From NCBI GenBank assembly GCA_951406725.2, contig OX597832.1, forward strand, positions 31,868,001-31,932,000: a DNA stretch of 64,000 nucleotides, in the 5' to 3' direction. Shown here piece after piece: positions 1 through 14,189 of the stretch. Each line of letters opens with the position of its first letter. Position 1 is the first letter of the stretch. The translations under genes and the position numbers were made by a program. The DNA is from Octopus vulgaris (taxonomy: Eukaryota). A model generated the notes under the pieces. The model had not been told where the DNA came from. It ran no database searches and worked only from the letters and a program-made list of their open reading frames with translations.

Positions 1-24
1 CTGAAACAAGTAAAAGAGTGAAAG

Positions 25-28
<4 letters not shown>
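1..28 (+). mobile_element. 3' tail of SINE family A, cut by the window edge
   Basis: ctgaaacaagtaaaagagt matches the 3' ends of the family A copies at ~29015-29040 and ~46316-46340. Confidence 0.6.
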
Positions 29-112
<84 letters not shown>

Positions 113-115
113 ATA
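29..115. repeat. (TA)n microsatellite
   Basis: Direct reading. Confidence 0.95.
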
Positions 116-182
116 ACTAAACAATATCGCGTAATTTAATACATATATCAGAGGCAAATCTTTATTGCATTATATTTAGGTA

Positions 183-213
<31 letters not shown>

Positions 214-829
214 ATGCATGTATATATGACTGAACGTATATATGCATGTATGTATATATGTGTGTAGACACATATACAGGCATGCATACATATATAATAG
301 AGATTAAGCAAAATGATCGTTAACTTTCCTCCTATATGTTGTCATTTCTTAATCAGAAAATATCGACGCTAATTCCTACATATTCCCGTGCACGCTGAAA
401 CCCATTCTCATATCTATCTATCCATCCATCCATCAATCTCTCCTTCTCTACACCCATCCATCCAGCCATTGGTTCATCCATCGATCCACACACACATGCA
501 CCCACAAAATACACACCACACACACGTGTATTTAATCATACATATATACATACACTCATACATGCACACGCACACACACACAATAGTATGCCAGAGAATC
601 TTCTCAAAACCTGACACCGATATCTTAGCATTATCTCAGCTTAATACGATTATTTGTAAGAAGGCAACCAACCAATGTCAATGTAAATAAATCTCCTTAA
701 ACCATAAACCCACAAACACTTTCCACTTTACTGGGGTGACAGACAAATCAGAATAACGAAGCCAAGATAAAAAAAGAAATCTTCCAAACATAAAAAATAT
801 ACATACATGCATACATATATATATATATA

Positions 830-1050
830 GTTAATCCAAACAAGAAAACAGAAAAAAACACAACAATGCGAGGACGTGGAACAAATATAGTATTATTGGA
901 CGCTCAGGAAAGACGGAAAGAAGGAGGGTTTAACGTTTCGAGCGGAGCTCTTCGTCGGAAACATAGGAGAAGGAAAGATCCAGAGAAGGGAAGACAGAGG
1001 GAAAAAAATCGCCAACGGTACACACGAGGTCACATTTTGAAAGACCGGAA

Positions 1051-1052
<2 letters not shown>
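830..1052 (-). mobile_element. Short (TA)n-embedded element with hammerhead-like core (Penelope-like pLTR derivative), copy 1
   Basis: Flanked by TA runs; homologous to 44387-44572 in opposite orientation; minus strand reads CCGACGA-A-GAGC-TCC-GCTC-GAAACGTT at 958-932. Confidence 0.7.
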
Positions 1053-1112
<60 letters not shown>

Positions 1113-1116
1113 GTAT

Positions 1117-1171
<55 letters not shown>

Positions 1172-1186
1172 TAGATATATAGATAT
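1053..1186. repeat. (TA)n/(TAGA)n compound microsatellite
   Basis: Direct reading. Confidence 0.95.
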
Positions 1187-3030
1187 ACGGGACAATATCC
1201 AATGCAATTTTTTTTTCTTGTTATAAAGAAAAATAAATAAGCATGACCATTATCTACCCCTTATCATGTATATCACTCTCTGTAAAAACCAGTAAACTGT
1301 CAGCAAAACCTGGTTTTTCAACATAGAATGGTGAAGAACTATAACCTCAAATCTAAACAATATTGTTAACCTATTATACTAACAGAAACCTTATAAAGTA
1401 GTTTGTTAGGATTAACAAACACTCAATAATATATACATACATGTATACATACCCGCGTGCGCGCAAACACATATATCTGTGTGTAGCGAATGGAATATGT
1501 AAAGAAGCACGACATATGTTTCGGAGGGAAAGTGGCCAGAAGTTATGTGATATTAAGTTATTGCATACATGCTTGAGGTTAACAAATTGCCTGTACCACG
1601 ACCATTTTGGAAATCATCTGCCTATTACGTGCGCGCATGCACACGCACACATACACAGGTATATATGTACATACAAGCAAACATACACATATAAATATAT
1701 ATGTACATGTATACACACGTGCGCGCGCACACACACACACACACCATCACAAACACGCGCACCATCACAAACACGCCTCCCCGCACGGATATATACATTT
1801 TAGGATGATATTAAAATCAGGGCGATCTCCTCTTTTTTGCATGTCTGGACCACGTTGTGCAACATGCTTTTTCTTATTTAAGTCGTTATGATTTGAGAGA
1901 CAAATTGGTCTGTTGTTATCGTTGTATCTTGGAAGAATAGCCAAAATATTCCTTGTTTAGCGCTTAAACTTCTGTTTTTGGCACTGTAGTTCTTTAGAAT
2001 AATGAGCAAGAAAACTTATGACTCAGAGCTCTTCAGCTGTGACAAGCCAGCATTTTTATGAGTGTGTAGAATTTATCAATCTTGGTAATTTTTTCTTATA
2101 AAGCAATACGGTGCAACATTAGGGAGATCTGGCTGCTGTTTTTAGCAGTAGGAATGACCAAGAAGTGTTTCCCTCGTTATAAGGCATATTTCCATATATG
2201 ACTTATACTCAGCCCTAGGTCTGGCACTGCGATAATGATCATCCAGTCTTTTCTTTTCAGACACACATCACGTGTCTCATGAAAAGAACGCAATGTCCTA
2301 TGTTCCCCTTTAATAACACATGAGATATTGACTACTCGCAGTCGCTGGAATGTAATTTTAAAGGGATTTGGCTTCTAGTTTTAGTATGTCTAGCGATCGA
2401 GAACAAACCTCCATCAATCCGATCAGTATTTCTGTAGTATATCGGTAGATGATGAATTCATATTCTACCATAACGTTCCGCTATAATCCATGACAGGGTT
2501 CGATCCAGGAAGGGAGCCTCCACATGTATCATGAATGCTAAAATTAGCAGCCAAATCTCCCCCATACGCTATACAAAGTCTTTAGAGCGTCAAGACTGTA
2601 ATAAATTTGATGACAGGCTCGCCCGATATGGGGTTAAACCACTGCAAGATCAATACAAAGATGATAGCACCTGACATTTTTTTACATCGTAGTAAGTGTG
2701 CGCTGTTATACATTAATGGTAAACTTACAGTTAAATGGAATTATTTATCCTATATATGGCCCGTGGTGATTCTATTTCAAGTTCTCCGCTATATTTTAAT
2801 CAATTCTTCACAACGCGACCAGTTTGAGCTCGTTCTGAATGAAGTGAACTGTGAGTTGTGAGAAGAAGGCATCTGTTAGTTATTACACGGTTCAGCGGAT
2901 TTGCATTCTCTTTTGTTCCGTTCGCTTTCAGAAATTTTTGGACTGAATTAATGAAAATGCCTTGCAACCATCCCAGATGGAGATGTCATCGTCAATAAAA
3001 ATATCAATAGTTAGAACCATAATAAAGACG

Positions 3031-3192
<162 letters not shown>

Positions 3193-3354
3193 ATAGCAAT
3201 ACCTTGGATAGATCCGGCCATAACCAGTGGTGGATTTGCAAAGAATCGAGAACTTTAAACAGATAGAAATCTCAAGACATTGATAAAGTTTCCAATAAAT
3301 CATTACGGACTCACAAAATTGTGGGAGACAATTGCTTCTTTTTATTTAATATTC

Positions 3355-3476
3355 GGCATAGAAGACATGGTTGTCCAGTTAAAAAATTCGTTTTGTAATA
3401 ACAAGGTTTAGTGTTCAATCTCAGAACGTGCCTCATTGGACGAATGCCTTATGCAGTTAGTTTGGGTCAACTTGAT
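3355..3476 (+). mobile_element. Highly degraded SINE family A head
   Basis: catggttgtccagttaaaaaattcg...gttcaatctcag...cattggacgaatgcctt loosely aligns with the start of the copy at 28646. Confidence 0.35.
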
Positions 3477-4010
3477 GACACACTCGAGGACGAAATGGAA
3501 TAATTATTGTTTTTGAATATCGCAGCTGTTGAAGTAGTACCTGCTATTCTTGCATATCACAGCTAACCAGTTACCATGCTTTAACACCTCAACATAGCGA
3601 TTCGGTGCTTTTATTAGAGTCCACCTAGTGCCAGCTTTCAGATGAAATCTCCGAATTCTCTCACATTTTTGCTTAGTTACTGAGTGTTGAGGAGGGCGTA
3701 GTGTTCATGATCCTTGTAAGCTCCCAAAATCCAGGATAGTCGATGTAGTTATTGTCCCATTTAAACTGTTGTTGATCAACAACTTGGAGCGCAAAGTGCT
3801 ACAAGAAATTTCTATTCTGCCATTTCGGTGCTTCTATAAAAGACTTACTTACAGATCAATATTCAATACTAACGCGAGTGAATACTCCTGCAATGGTGGA
3901 AGGTAAATGAAAAGAAATCTTCAAAAAGAAAACCTAGAACTACTAAAACTTAATCACAGAAAATATCTTCAACTACTTAGGCAATTTACTTAATGTTAAG
4001 GATCATATAA

Positions 4011-4222
4011 GGCGGAGAGCTGGCAGAATCGTTAACGAGCCGGCCAAAATGCTTAGCGACATTTCGCCCGTCTTGGCGTTCTGAGTTCAAATTTCGCTGA
4101 GGTCGATTGTGCCTTTTATCCTTTCGGGGTCGATAAAATAAGTACCAGTTACGCACTGGAGTCGATGTAACACACTTAATCCCTTCCCTGAAATTCCTGA
4201 CGTTGCGCCAAAATTTGGAAAT
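4011..4222 (+). mobile_element. tRNA-derived SINE family B (Meta-domain-like central block)
   Basis: ggcggagagctggcagaatcgtta head, B-box-like gagttcaaatt, central gaggtcga..gccttttatcctttcggggtcgataaaataagtaccag shared by several other copies in the window. Confidence 0.85.
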
Positions 4223-5226
4223 GATATTAAGTGTTATGTATATAAACCATCAATATTAAAATGGAATAATTGATTTGGAAAATAGCAGTAGAATTACTAG
4301 ATAACAAAAAGAAAAATGTCAAATGTAGATAATAGTCTATCGATAAAAAAAAACGGATCTCTTTGGGACAGAATCACGAATTATTTACAATTACTTAAAA
4401 ACCTAAAGTTGTAAACCACTGAATTTATTAAACGCAAACGCACAAACCACAAGGAAGTCTTGAACGCACACCAGGGACTCTATAGTTGTAGCTCGATTTG
4501 CATGAAATAGCTGTCAAGTCTCCCACAGATTACTTTATAACGTTACTCATACACACAGTCGAAAATGTAGGTATTGTTACATCGTCTTCGGAAAATAGAA
4601 AGATGGATGGGATAATAGTGAAGGAAGTAATATCTAATGGTGTCACTACCAGTTCAGCGCTAACCTGCGGCTTAACAGCAGCAGCAACAACAACAACAAC
4701 AGGAAAAAACTGCAACGTTATGCTGAATGGCGAAATTAACTGAGAGAAAGAGAAAACTAAGGAGAAAGTATCAAAACATACAGAATTGAATAATGGAGCG
4801 CAAATCCTCACTCTGGTTAATTAATCAATTTTGAAACAAATTTAAAAAAAGGTTGGACAATTAGAAGATGTTAATTATAATAATTAGAGAGAACGAGCTG
4901 TTTTAACAAGCGATGATTACAATTTAGACCTCATTATGTCACGTGCTGTTTCAAGGCTATAGATCCACGCATGCTCTGTGCCTCTCTTTCTCTCTGCTCC
5001 TCCCCGCGCTCTCTCTTATTCTTTATTGTTTATTGTTCGCTAACCATCGCCAGGGAATATCCAGAGAATGTTTGCTTCACTGAAACAACGGCAGTCATTT
5101 TGTAAGACAAAATTTATGAATGTTGGCATTTGTAAATTCATATTATAACATACTGTGTTCAATATACAGTTCTTTCATTATTGTGGTGGACTCACTCCAT
5201 TACTACTTTGACACCTCCCACACCAC

Positions 5227-5271
<45 letters not shown>

Positions 5272-5397
5272 TATATACACACACACACATTATATATGCA
5301 TACATATGGATGTATGAACGTGTGTGTATGTTTGTGCGTAGATATACATGTATATGTATATATATATATATATGTATATATGTGTGTATACATACAT

Positions 5398-5425
<28 letters not shown>

Positions 5426-5429
<4 letters not shown>

Positions 5430-5479
5430 TTAATTATTTGAGATATTCGTCCTGCCTTCAACCTTGTCCTTTTCCTCTA

Positions 5480-5539
<60 letters not shown>

Positions 5540-5605
5540 GTGTGTGTATGTTAGAGGAAAAGGATAAGGTTGAAGGCAGGACGAATATCTCAAATAATTA
5601 AATAT
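5426..5605. repeat. Near-perfect inverted repeat, 65-bp arms around a microsatellite spacer
   Basis: 5426-5490 is the reverse complement of 5541-5605 with one mismatch; a degraded third partial copy lies at ~5609-5637. Confidence 0.9.
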
Positions 5606-5819
5606 TCTAAATTACTTGAAATACTCATCCTGCGTTGGCAATTGTTGTTTCTTTTACCTCTGATATATACCCGCTAACACGGACACCTACTACAGATCCC
5701 TAGATTCTGCCTTACCTGTGAACTTGGAACCTAACAGATGACCAATTATACCACTTACACAGCGTACCTATTCGTTTAGATTACCAAAGAACTAAACCCC
5801 TCATATTATGTATACATAC

Positions 5820-5888
<69 letters not shown>

Positions 5889-5889
5889 T

Positions 5890-5954
<65 letters not shown>

Positions 5955-6477
5955 TGTGTGTGTGTGTATGAATATATATATATATAAGTAGAAATAAATT
6001 GAGAAGTATAATGAATAAACGTTCAACTTGGTCAAAACAACTTTATAACATTCCCCCAAAATATCATAAATGGAGTACAAATATATATTAGAACATCGAG
6101 GCATCCACAGGTAAAACCCAACAGTATACAATATACATATGTACACGAATAAAAGATGATAAAACCTCAAAGGGTAATACAAGTACATTCGAATGAAGAA
6201 AAATATCTGGAATAGATTAATGTACAATAGAAGCAACTGAAAATTTAAGGCAGTGAAACCAAAATAATATAAATATAAATCTATAAATATAAAAATAAAG
6301 GGAAAAGAGTCCGTTCAAATACATTTATACAATCGTTTCAAAGCATGTTGCACCATTTCGTCAATGTAAAATCCATTGAGAAAATACAAAGGCAATGACC
6401 TTTTCATCAGGAGAAATCTTACAAAGGGTGTCACACTTCTCGTTGTTAAGGTGGCACAGAAATGTGACACATTTGTA

Positions 6478-6631
6478 AGTTTTCTGAACGTGGCATTAAA
6501 AACATCCTTGACAGATGGAAGGAGGTCATAGAGAAGAATAGTGACAATAGTAATGATTAAATAATCAGATATCATATTTTATTATTTTATCGAGCCTTAA
6601 GAAACGGACAGAACTCTCAGTACAACCTTAT
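6478..6631 (+). mobile_element. Mariner transposon 3' remnant (transposase C-terminus and right TIR)
   Basis: Translates FSERGIKNILDRWKEVIEKNSDNSND*, like the mariner C-terminal FYxxGIxxLxxRWxxVIxxxGxY, followed by TIR-like gaaacggacagaactctcagtacaacctta. Confidence 0.7.
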
Positions 6632-6634
6632 ATG

Positions 6635-7146
6635 TAGAAGATGGAATGCCATAGAGAATTAAATGGAGGCTCCTGGAATGGAATAAACTGAACCATACAT
6701 CAACAGGAGCAGACGTAGGAAACGTACTTGGCCGATTGGGCAAGAGCACCAAATTATTCGTTTGAAACGGGGACCTGCTTAAATTCTAAAAGTGAATTAT
6801 TTAGTCGATGCCCTCACGAGAGAGAAATTCCTCCTTAGGACATGGAATTCCAGGCTGGCTGACTAGTAAACGGAAATTGAACATAAACTGACTCTTTTTA
6901 GACACAACTGGAACCGGTCGACAGGAGGAGATAACTTTAACTCACGCAGAAATGGATTTCACTTCTAAGAATTTCGTTTCAGGGTCTTTTCCACAACCCT
7001 GGTAAACGTAACCTTCTTATCTACTTATCTACATTGGGAAGAAGGTTACGCTCTTCCAGCCTGCATGTTTCGTGACTCCCCTGTATTCAGAAGAGCCTAA
7101 GAGATGCGAAACCAATGGTAAACATCCACCTGATCATAACTAGGGA

Positions 7147-7148
<2 letters not shown>
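6635..7148 (+). mobile_element. Penelope-like element 3' relic: decayed GIY-YIG C-terminus plus terminal repeat with hammerhead-like motif
   Basis: With frameshifts reads IKWRLLE..PYINRSRR...LNSKSELFSRCPHE, like the PLE endonuclease tail IKWxILxxxxPYxxxxKRCxLC...LNxRSELxSxCRH; hairpin cgtaaccttctt/aagaaggttacg at ~7007-7051; CAGAAGA-GC..GC-GAAACCAATGGTA at 7088-7120. Confidence 0.6.
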
Positions 7149-7192
<44 letters not shown>

Positions 7193-7208
7193 TACATACA
7201 TATATATG

Positions 7209-7313
<105 letters not shown>

Positions 7314-7327
7314 GTATTTATGTATGT

Positions 7328-7368
7328 ATGCGAAACCAATGGTAAACATCCGCCTGATCATAACTAGG

Positions 7369-7372
<4 letters not shown>
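7328..7372 (+). repeat. Direct repeat of the terminal 45 bp of the Penelope-like relic (7104-7148)
   Basis: atgcgaaaccaatggtaaacatcc(a/g)cctgatcataactagggact, one mismatch; third shorter copy at ~7627-7640. Confidence 0.9.
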
Positions 7373-7403
<31 letters not shown>

Positions 7404-7480
7404 TAGATAGATACATACATACATACATATATATGTATATACATATATATATATATATAATATATATATATATATGTATA

Positions 7481-7545
<65 letters not shown>

Positions 7546-8070
7546 TTATGTATGTATGTATTTATGTATGTATGAATGTATGTATGTATGTGTGTATGCC
7601 TGTATGTATGTATGCCTGTATGTATAAAACATCCGCCTGAATAGGTAAGTTTTGTTCAGTAGCGAAAAAGGAATTTTATGAAATTGGATAATAAAGTAAC
7701 ACAATAAAAAGCACGTATAAAATAAGGAGAAGAGCTGTCACTAAGAGAAAAAATGGCGGGAGAAATATACAGAAACTTTGACAATGTATATATCCTGTAA
7801 CAGAAAGAGCACACTACATATCAAGTGATAAACATAGCAGAACAGGAGACACAACGTAATTATGTTTGTCAGTTACGTTTATATTCTATGTCACAAAAGG
7901 ACGCCATTTTTGTTGGTGTTAGTTATATATTAAATCTGTTTATGATTTATATTGTATTAAAAGAATGAAGTGTCGCCGACAGGGGCAGGTAGTCCTCTCA
8001 TAATTCATGTATGTATATATGTCTTCAATAGATATCTGGCTGTCTGTTTATCTGTCTATCTATCTGTCTG

Positions 8071-8138
<68 letters not shown>

Positions 8139-8385
8139 CATATCTATCTATTTAACATTCTACCTATCTACACACACCAACACACACACACACATCTTGG
8201 ATATTTATACAACTACGCTCATAGATTCGCAAAATACACAAATATTTATTATTTATTATATGATATACACGTATCAAAACATTTATTTATGTATATACGT
8301 ATGTAAGTATCTATGTATGCATGTATACATATATATGTATGTATACATACATATATATATACACACTCACACGCACACACGTATT

Positions 8386-8433
<48 letters not shown>

Positions 8434-8439
8434 TGTAAA

Positions 8440-8470
<31 letters not shown>

Positions 8471-8514
8471 GTGTGTGTCTGTGCGTGTGTGTGTGTGTGT
8501 GTATGTATTACTGA

Positions 8515-8800
8515 TACACGAGGAAGAAAACATCCCAGCGATGGTTGTGAAACGGTGGTGGTGTGACAAACACAGACACAACGACATGCACACACACCCA
8601 TACAAACTCACACACATACAGGCACACACATACACGTACACACGCGCACACATATACACGACAAGTGCCTTTCAGTTTCCGTCTACCATATCCACTCACA
8701 GGTTTTCAGCCAGGTCCGACATTATACTAGAGAACATTTGCCGAAGGTGCCAGGTGGTAGATCTGAACCCGAAACCATGTGGCTGTGAGGCAAGGTTCTT
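8515..8800 (-). mobile_element. Degraded SINE family A
   Basis: ctttcagtttccgtctaccatatccactcaca...ctgaacccgaaaccatgtgg is the reverse complement of the family A 5' half; internal CA-rich tract. Confidence 0.7.
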
Positions 8801-8811
8801 ATGTATGTATG

Positions 8812-8985
<174 letters not shown>

Positions 8986-8998
8986 GACTGTCTGTCAA

Positions 8999-9030
<32 letters not shown>

Positions 9031-9364
9031 CCTGTCTGTCCATGTATGTTTGTATGTATGTATATATGTACGTTTGTATGTATGTCTGTATGTATATATG
9101 TACGTTTGTATATATGTATGTATGTATGTATCAAAAATGTGCTTCAAAACACCTGCTTTGGCCTGAGCGAGTTTTCTGCTCGAAAATTCGCCATTTAAGG
9201 GTGAATTTTTGGATCTTAAAATTGTATTTAAAAAAATAAGAATTTAGTTTGTTGAGAAAATGGCTAGTCATTTGGAGACCAACAGCGTCTCTCTAACCAA
9301 TTTCGATGTTAATTTTCCTCCGCTTGCAATAGCAACAAATAAGAAAGAAAGTATTAATTCCCTA

Positions 9365-9430
<66 letters not shown>

Positions 9431-9993
9431 ACACACAGTTAAACAACAATGCCAACATGCACAATGACAGCAGCGCTCCTACCGAGCAAGTGGGAAAATA
9501 GCAAAGATAATGAATGTATGTCTAAAATAATGACCGTTGCCCCGACCACAGCCACCTCCACTGCCACCACCACTGCTCCTTTTCGACACAAGAATTTTTA
9601 GAATGTAAATCGTTGTTAACCAAAGAGAAAAGAACCATAAAATTGCAAACACTAAAATATATTTTACAGAAAATCATGATTTTCAAAACACTAAACGCAG
9701 AAACAAAAATACTGGAACATGTCACTCAAAAAATGTTGTAAAAGTGCTTAAGGTCTATATAACCTTCCAAAAAATACATTACCAGTGGCAAAAGATTTGG
9801 CACTATCGAAGTAAGTTTCGATAGAGAGAAACAAACAAAAGATCATTCTACAAAGCCACTTGTATGCGAGGAAAACATCATGATTCCTACATACCATGGT
9901 CGTCGTGTGCCGAAAATAAAAATTAAAGATGTCCTCCCTGAGATAGAAATACGATGGCTGGTGTGAACCATCTGCTATGATTTCAAGGAGGCA

Positions 9994-10281
9994 ACCACCA
10001 CCACTATCACCAACACCACCACCACCACCACCACCACCACCACCACCACCACCATCACCACCACCACCACCACCACCACCACCACCATCACTACCACCAC
10101 CACCACTATCACCACCACCAACACCACCATCACCACCACCACCACCACCACCACCACCACTATCACCACCACCACCATCATCACCATCACCACCACCTAC
10201 ATCATCACAAACACTACCACCACCAACACCACCACCACCATCATCACCACCACCACAACCACCACCACCAACAACAACACC
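9994..10281. repeat. Imperfect (CCA)n trinucleotide repeat
   Basis: Direct reading; source of the spurious poly-Pro/poly-Gly/poly-Val ORFs. Confidence 0.95.
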
Positions 10282-10887
10282 TACAGAAGCGCTAAATCCT
10301 GAAAAGAAGAGAAAAAAACCATCCCTTCGTCCCAACAACCTATTCATCACATCCCAACACCCACCATCCAGCACTAACAACATCAACACAGAAATCGACC
10401 CCCAACACACTTCCCCTCCCATTTTCTGATTCCGCCGACACGTCGTCTGATGAAGGCGACATGGAAGAAATGCAAAGGGCCACAGGGTGGAGAAGAAAAA
10501 GGGGGAGAACAGAATGATTATCCCGTTAAACAAAGCAGGGAGGTACACCACTCTCGAAAACGAAACTAAAAAATGCCAAGTGGCCCCACAATACGAGCTC
10601 CAATCAACACGTACAATTTGGACCCGATATACAGACACTCAAACACACACATGGCATATTCCTGAGTGCTTTGGTGACCGCAAGATGGCAGCGCGGCCGA
10701 AGATCGATGGACAATGGCAAAGGCAGATAACCACCTAGGGTTTTGCCTTCAAGAACGATGAGTTTCGCCCGCCATGTTTTTAAGATGTCTCAGGGCAGCA
10801 GTGTTTGTGGTCTGAAGATACACTGTAAGGCTAAACACCTTATGAGCGAGAAACTCATGGTGACACCCATAAACCAGCCTACCCCAT

Positions 10888-10971
<84 letters not shown>

Positions 10972-11010
10972 GTATACATATATATATGTATATATATATA
11001 TGCATATATG

Positions 11011-11165
11011 TACACAAGTGGGAACTAAAAAGTTCCTGGCTTTGGGTAAAACAAAATATTATGATTTCGTTCAACATGTTGTCTTCTAAGATTCACACAT
11101 TTATTGCAGCGGCCCTTCATTTGGAAGAATAGGCCATCATCCAGTCCTTTCGCGAAACCCTCAAA
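11011..11165 (-). mobile_element. Mariner 3' end remnant
   Basis: TIR-like tacacaagtgggaactaaaaagttcctggc, then gttcaacatg..ctaagattcacacatttattgcagcgg, whose minus strand reads RCNKCVNLR, like the RWxKCVxLxGDYVE mariner terminus. Confidence 0.55.
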
Positions 11166-12035
11166 GTCAAGAACGCTTCAACATCTCCACTATTTTCTAT
11201 ACTATCCAATCCTAATTCTCATTCAAACGTCACGTATGAATTACCCATCTTTATAAACCTTGTATATAGTAAAGTATTATTTACGGATCGCGCATATTGG
11301 CCGCTCGGCCGAAACAGATGCTCGAGAAGATGGATGAAGCTGTGACAGAAATGAGTGAAACAGCTCAAATGTGTTTGAGAGATATTTGAACGTGTAAAGA
11401 CATTTCACTTGAGTTTGTCACAGAGAATATAATTGGCGCTTAAGATAATAAAGCGTTAAAACACCACCGTCAGCCCAGAGCGCTAATTATAGGAATGACG
11501 GATGCATTTCCATCTCGTTTGTTCACTTCACTACTTGATAAGGGAGAGAAGGCAGGACAGATTAGGACTCAAAGGGCTTCTTTACAATAAATCAGTAAAT
11601 ATTATGTATTGGCTACGTGAAATGCCAATCAACTCAGACTTACCTCTTAACAACATGCAAGCGAATTATCTATCTATCTAACTATCCTTGCGTGTATATA
11701 TTTGTGTATATATATCCATATATAAATACATATAGACAAGCAAACATATATGTATATATATACACCTATATATACACAAATGTATACTTATATGTATATA
11801 TACATATATGCAGACATAGATACATACACAAACATATATGTATGCTTGTGTGTGTATATTTATATATACCTGTGTGTAGACATACAACCTGTCACTCACA
11901 CATACACACATACACACGACTACGCGCACACGCAAGGCAATGCGAAACATTTTCGATGGCGATAAGAAAAGAAAAAGGAGAAAAGGGAAAAAGAGTGATT
12001 TAGATAGAGAGACAGAGAAAGAGCGAGACAGAGAG

Positions 12036-12085
<50 letters not shown>

Positions 12086-12233
12086 CCATGCCCAGCTGGG
12101 TGTGTTGCTTGTCATTGTTCAAAATATAGACAGTAATAACGGTGAAACGAAGAATATTTTATTTAGAATTGAATTGAAAATAAAACAAAACTTCCTTCTT
12201 TTTCTTATCATTGCCGTCATCATTGTCGTGGTC

Positions 12234-12342
12234 ATCATCATCATCATCACCATCACCATCACCATCATCACCATCACCATCATCATCATCATCATCACCA
12301 TCTGTGTGCTACTGCATCATCATCATCATCTTCATCATCATC

Positions 12343-12373
<31 letters not shown>

Positions 12374-12431
12374 CCACCATCATCATCACCACCATCATCA
12401 TCACCACCATCATCATCACCACCATATCATC

Positions 12432-12463
<32 letters not shown>

Positions 12464-12481
12464 CATCATTATCATCACCAC

Positions 12482-12529
<48 letters not shown>
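12234..12529. repeat. (CAT)n/(CAC)n trinucleotide repeat
   Basis: Direct reading; source of the spurious poly-His/poly-Ile ORF. Confidence 0.95.
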
Positions 12530-12918
12530 TATTCTTGTTGTTGTTGCCGTTTGTAATACAGATTGTCAGTGTATTATTTTGCGAACAACACTTTTCTTTA
12601 TTTCCAGAATTCTTTACAACGAGAAGAATCTATTTCCCTCTCGCCACCACCACCACCACCACCACCGCCACCACCGCCGCCACCGCCACTACCACTACCC
12701 AAGTTCCAAAAGATTTCTGAGAAATGGATTTGACGATATAAATATAAAAGGAATTCATAAGATGGTAAACTAATTTATTGAAAAAAGGAAAAAGAAATAG
12801 ACAAACACACGCACACATTCATACGTATATGCGTGGACACACACATACGCACGCGCGCGCGCAAGCACACATAGTTATATATTTTCAGAGAGAGATACAG
12901 ATATACATACATACATAT

Positions 12919-12977
<59 letters not shown>

Positions 12978-13083
12978 ATATACATATATGAACATACGTA
13001 CATGTATGGGTATATATGTATGTATATATATATAGCGTTACATATATAGCTACGCGAACACAAATATATATACACACATATAC

Positions 13084-13136
<53 letters not shown>

Positions 13137-13434
13137 GAGAGAAGAAGAGATAGATAAATACTTATATATCATGCATATATATATACATATAATTCTACAT
13201 ACATACACACAAACGCACACACGCACATATATACTGGTGAATATATATACATATATATATATATACATATATATATATCTACACTCACATAAATACATAT
13301 ACATACTTACGCGCACATACACACACTTATGTATATACCGATGCATATAAATATATATACACACACAATATATATATATATATATGTATATGTATAGATG
13401 TATATATACACACATATAGATACATATACGTACC

Positions 13435-13486
<52 letters not shown>

Positions 13487-13551
13487 CACACACACATAAA
13501 TAAAGTATGTTGAGTATCTTTCAAAATGATTTTAAAATGGAATGGAAGCAA

Positions 13552-13582
<31 letters not shown>

Positions 13583-14189
13583 ATGAATTTTCAAAAAAAA
13601 AAGAAAAAAACATGGGAAATTCAGAACCCAAAAATTCGTTTCAAATAAAATCGAAAATAAATATTTCGAAATAATTTTACAAAATAAGAAAAGTGTATAA
13701 AATTGTGATATTGAAATTCGTCTGGATAAAAGCTTTTGTCATTACTCCATAACTCTCGCTGTTAAATTGAGTATTTTTTTATGATTTACACTTTGTATAC
13801 AATTAGGAGAAGAAGCAAATACCAAAATCTAAAGAAAAATACAAGTGAACAGAGGAATTTAAATAAAATTCGTGTAGATATATTGATGTAATTTAATTTA
13901 GTCAAAGTGAAACAAGCTTCGACATCTTTTTACAGTTTTCTCTCACGAAATATAGGCGTCGTTCGTTAAGGACACCATTTTCATTGTTAGAAAAAATTAT
14001 TTTCTCACCTTTATGTCTTAAATTCGGTTTACGTTGATCGAGAATTCAATACAGTCGTTTAATAGCTAATTCCTTCATTTCATCCCCCAATTCAGACTAA
14101 TAGATTATCGGAAAATTGAACTAGGATTATCTAGCAAACACCTTACATTAGAATAATATAAGTAGGCTCTCTACAGGTCACACGACACA

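Noticed and set aside
2905-3005. Splice-acceptor-like tract (ttttgttccgttcgctttcag) followed by AATAAA
   Set aside because: No recognisable coding content or partner exons; such signals are common by chance in AT-rich DNA
3515-3580. miR-2-like seed tatcacagc in a small hairpin
   Set aside because: Pairing covers only ~8 bp and the rest does not match the miR-2 mature sequence
10447-10472. CTGATGA...GAAA hammerhead-like words
   Set aside because: No stem II or stem III pairing
9748-10638. 296-aa Gly-rich ORF and the overlapping poly-Pro ORF
   Set aside because: Open mainly because of the (CCA)n repeat; flanking translation has no recognisable domain
11940-12773. 277-aa ORF with poly-Ile and poly-His
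   Set aside because: Translation of (GA)n and (CAT)n repeats, which lack stops on this strand
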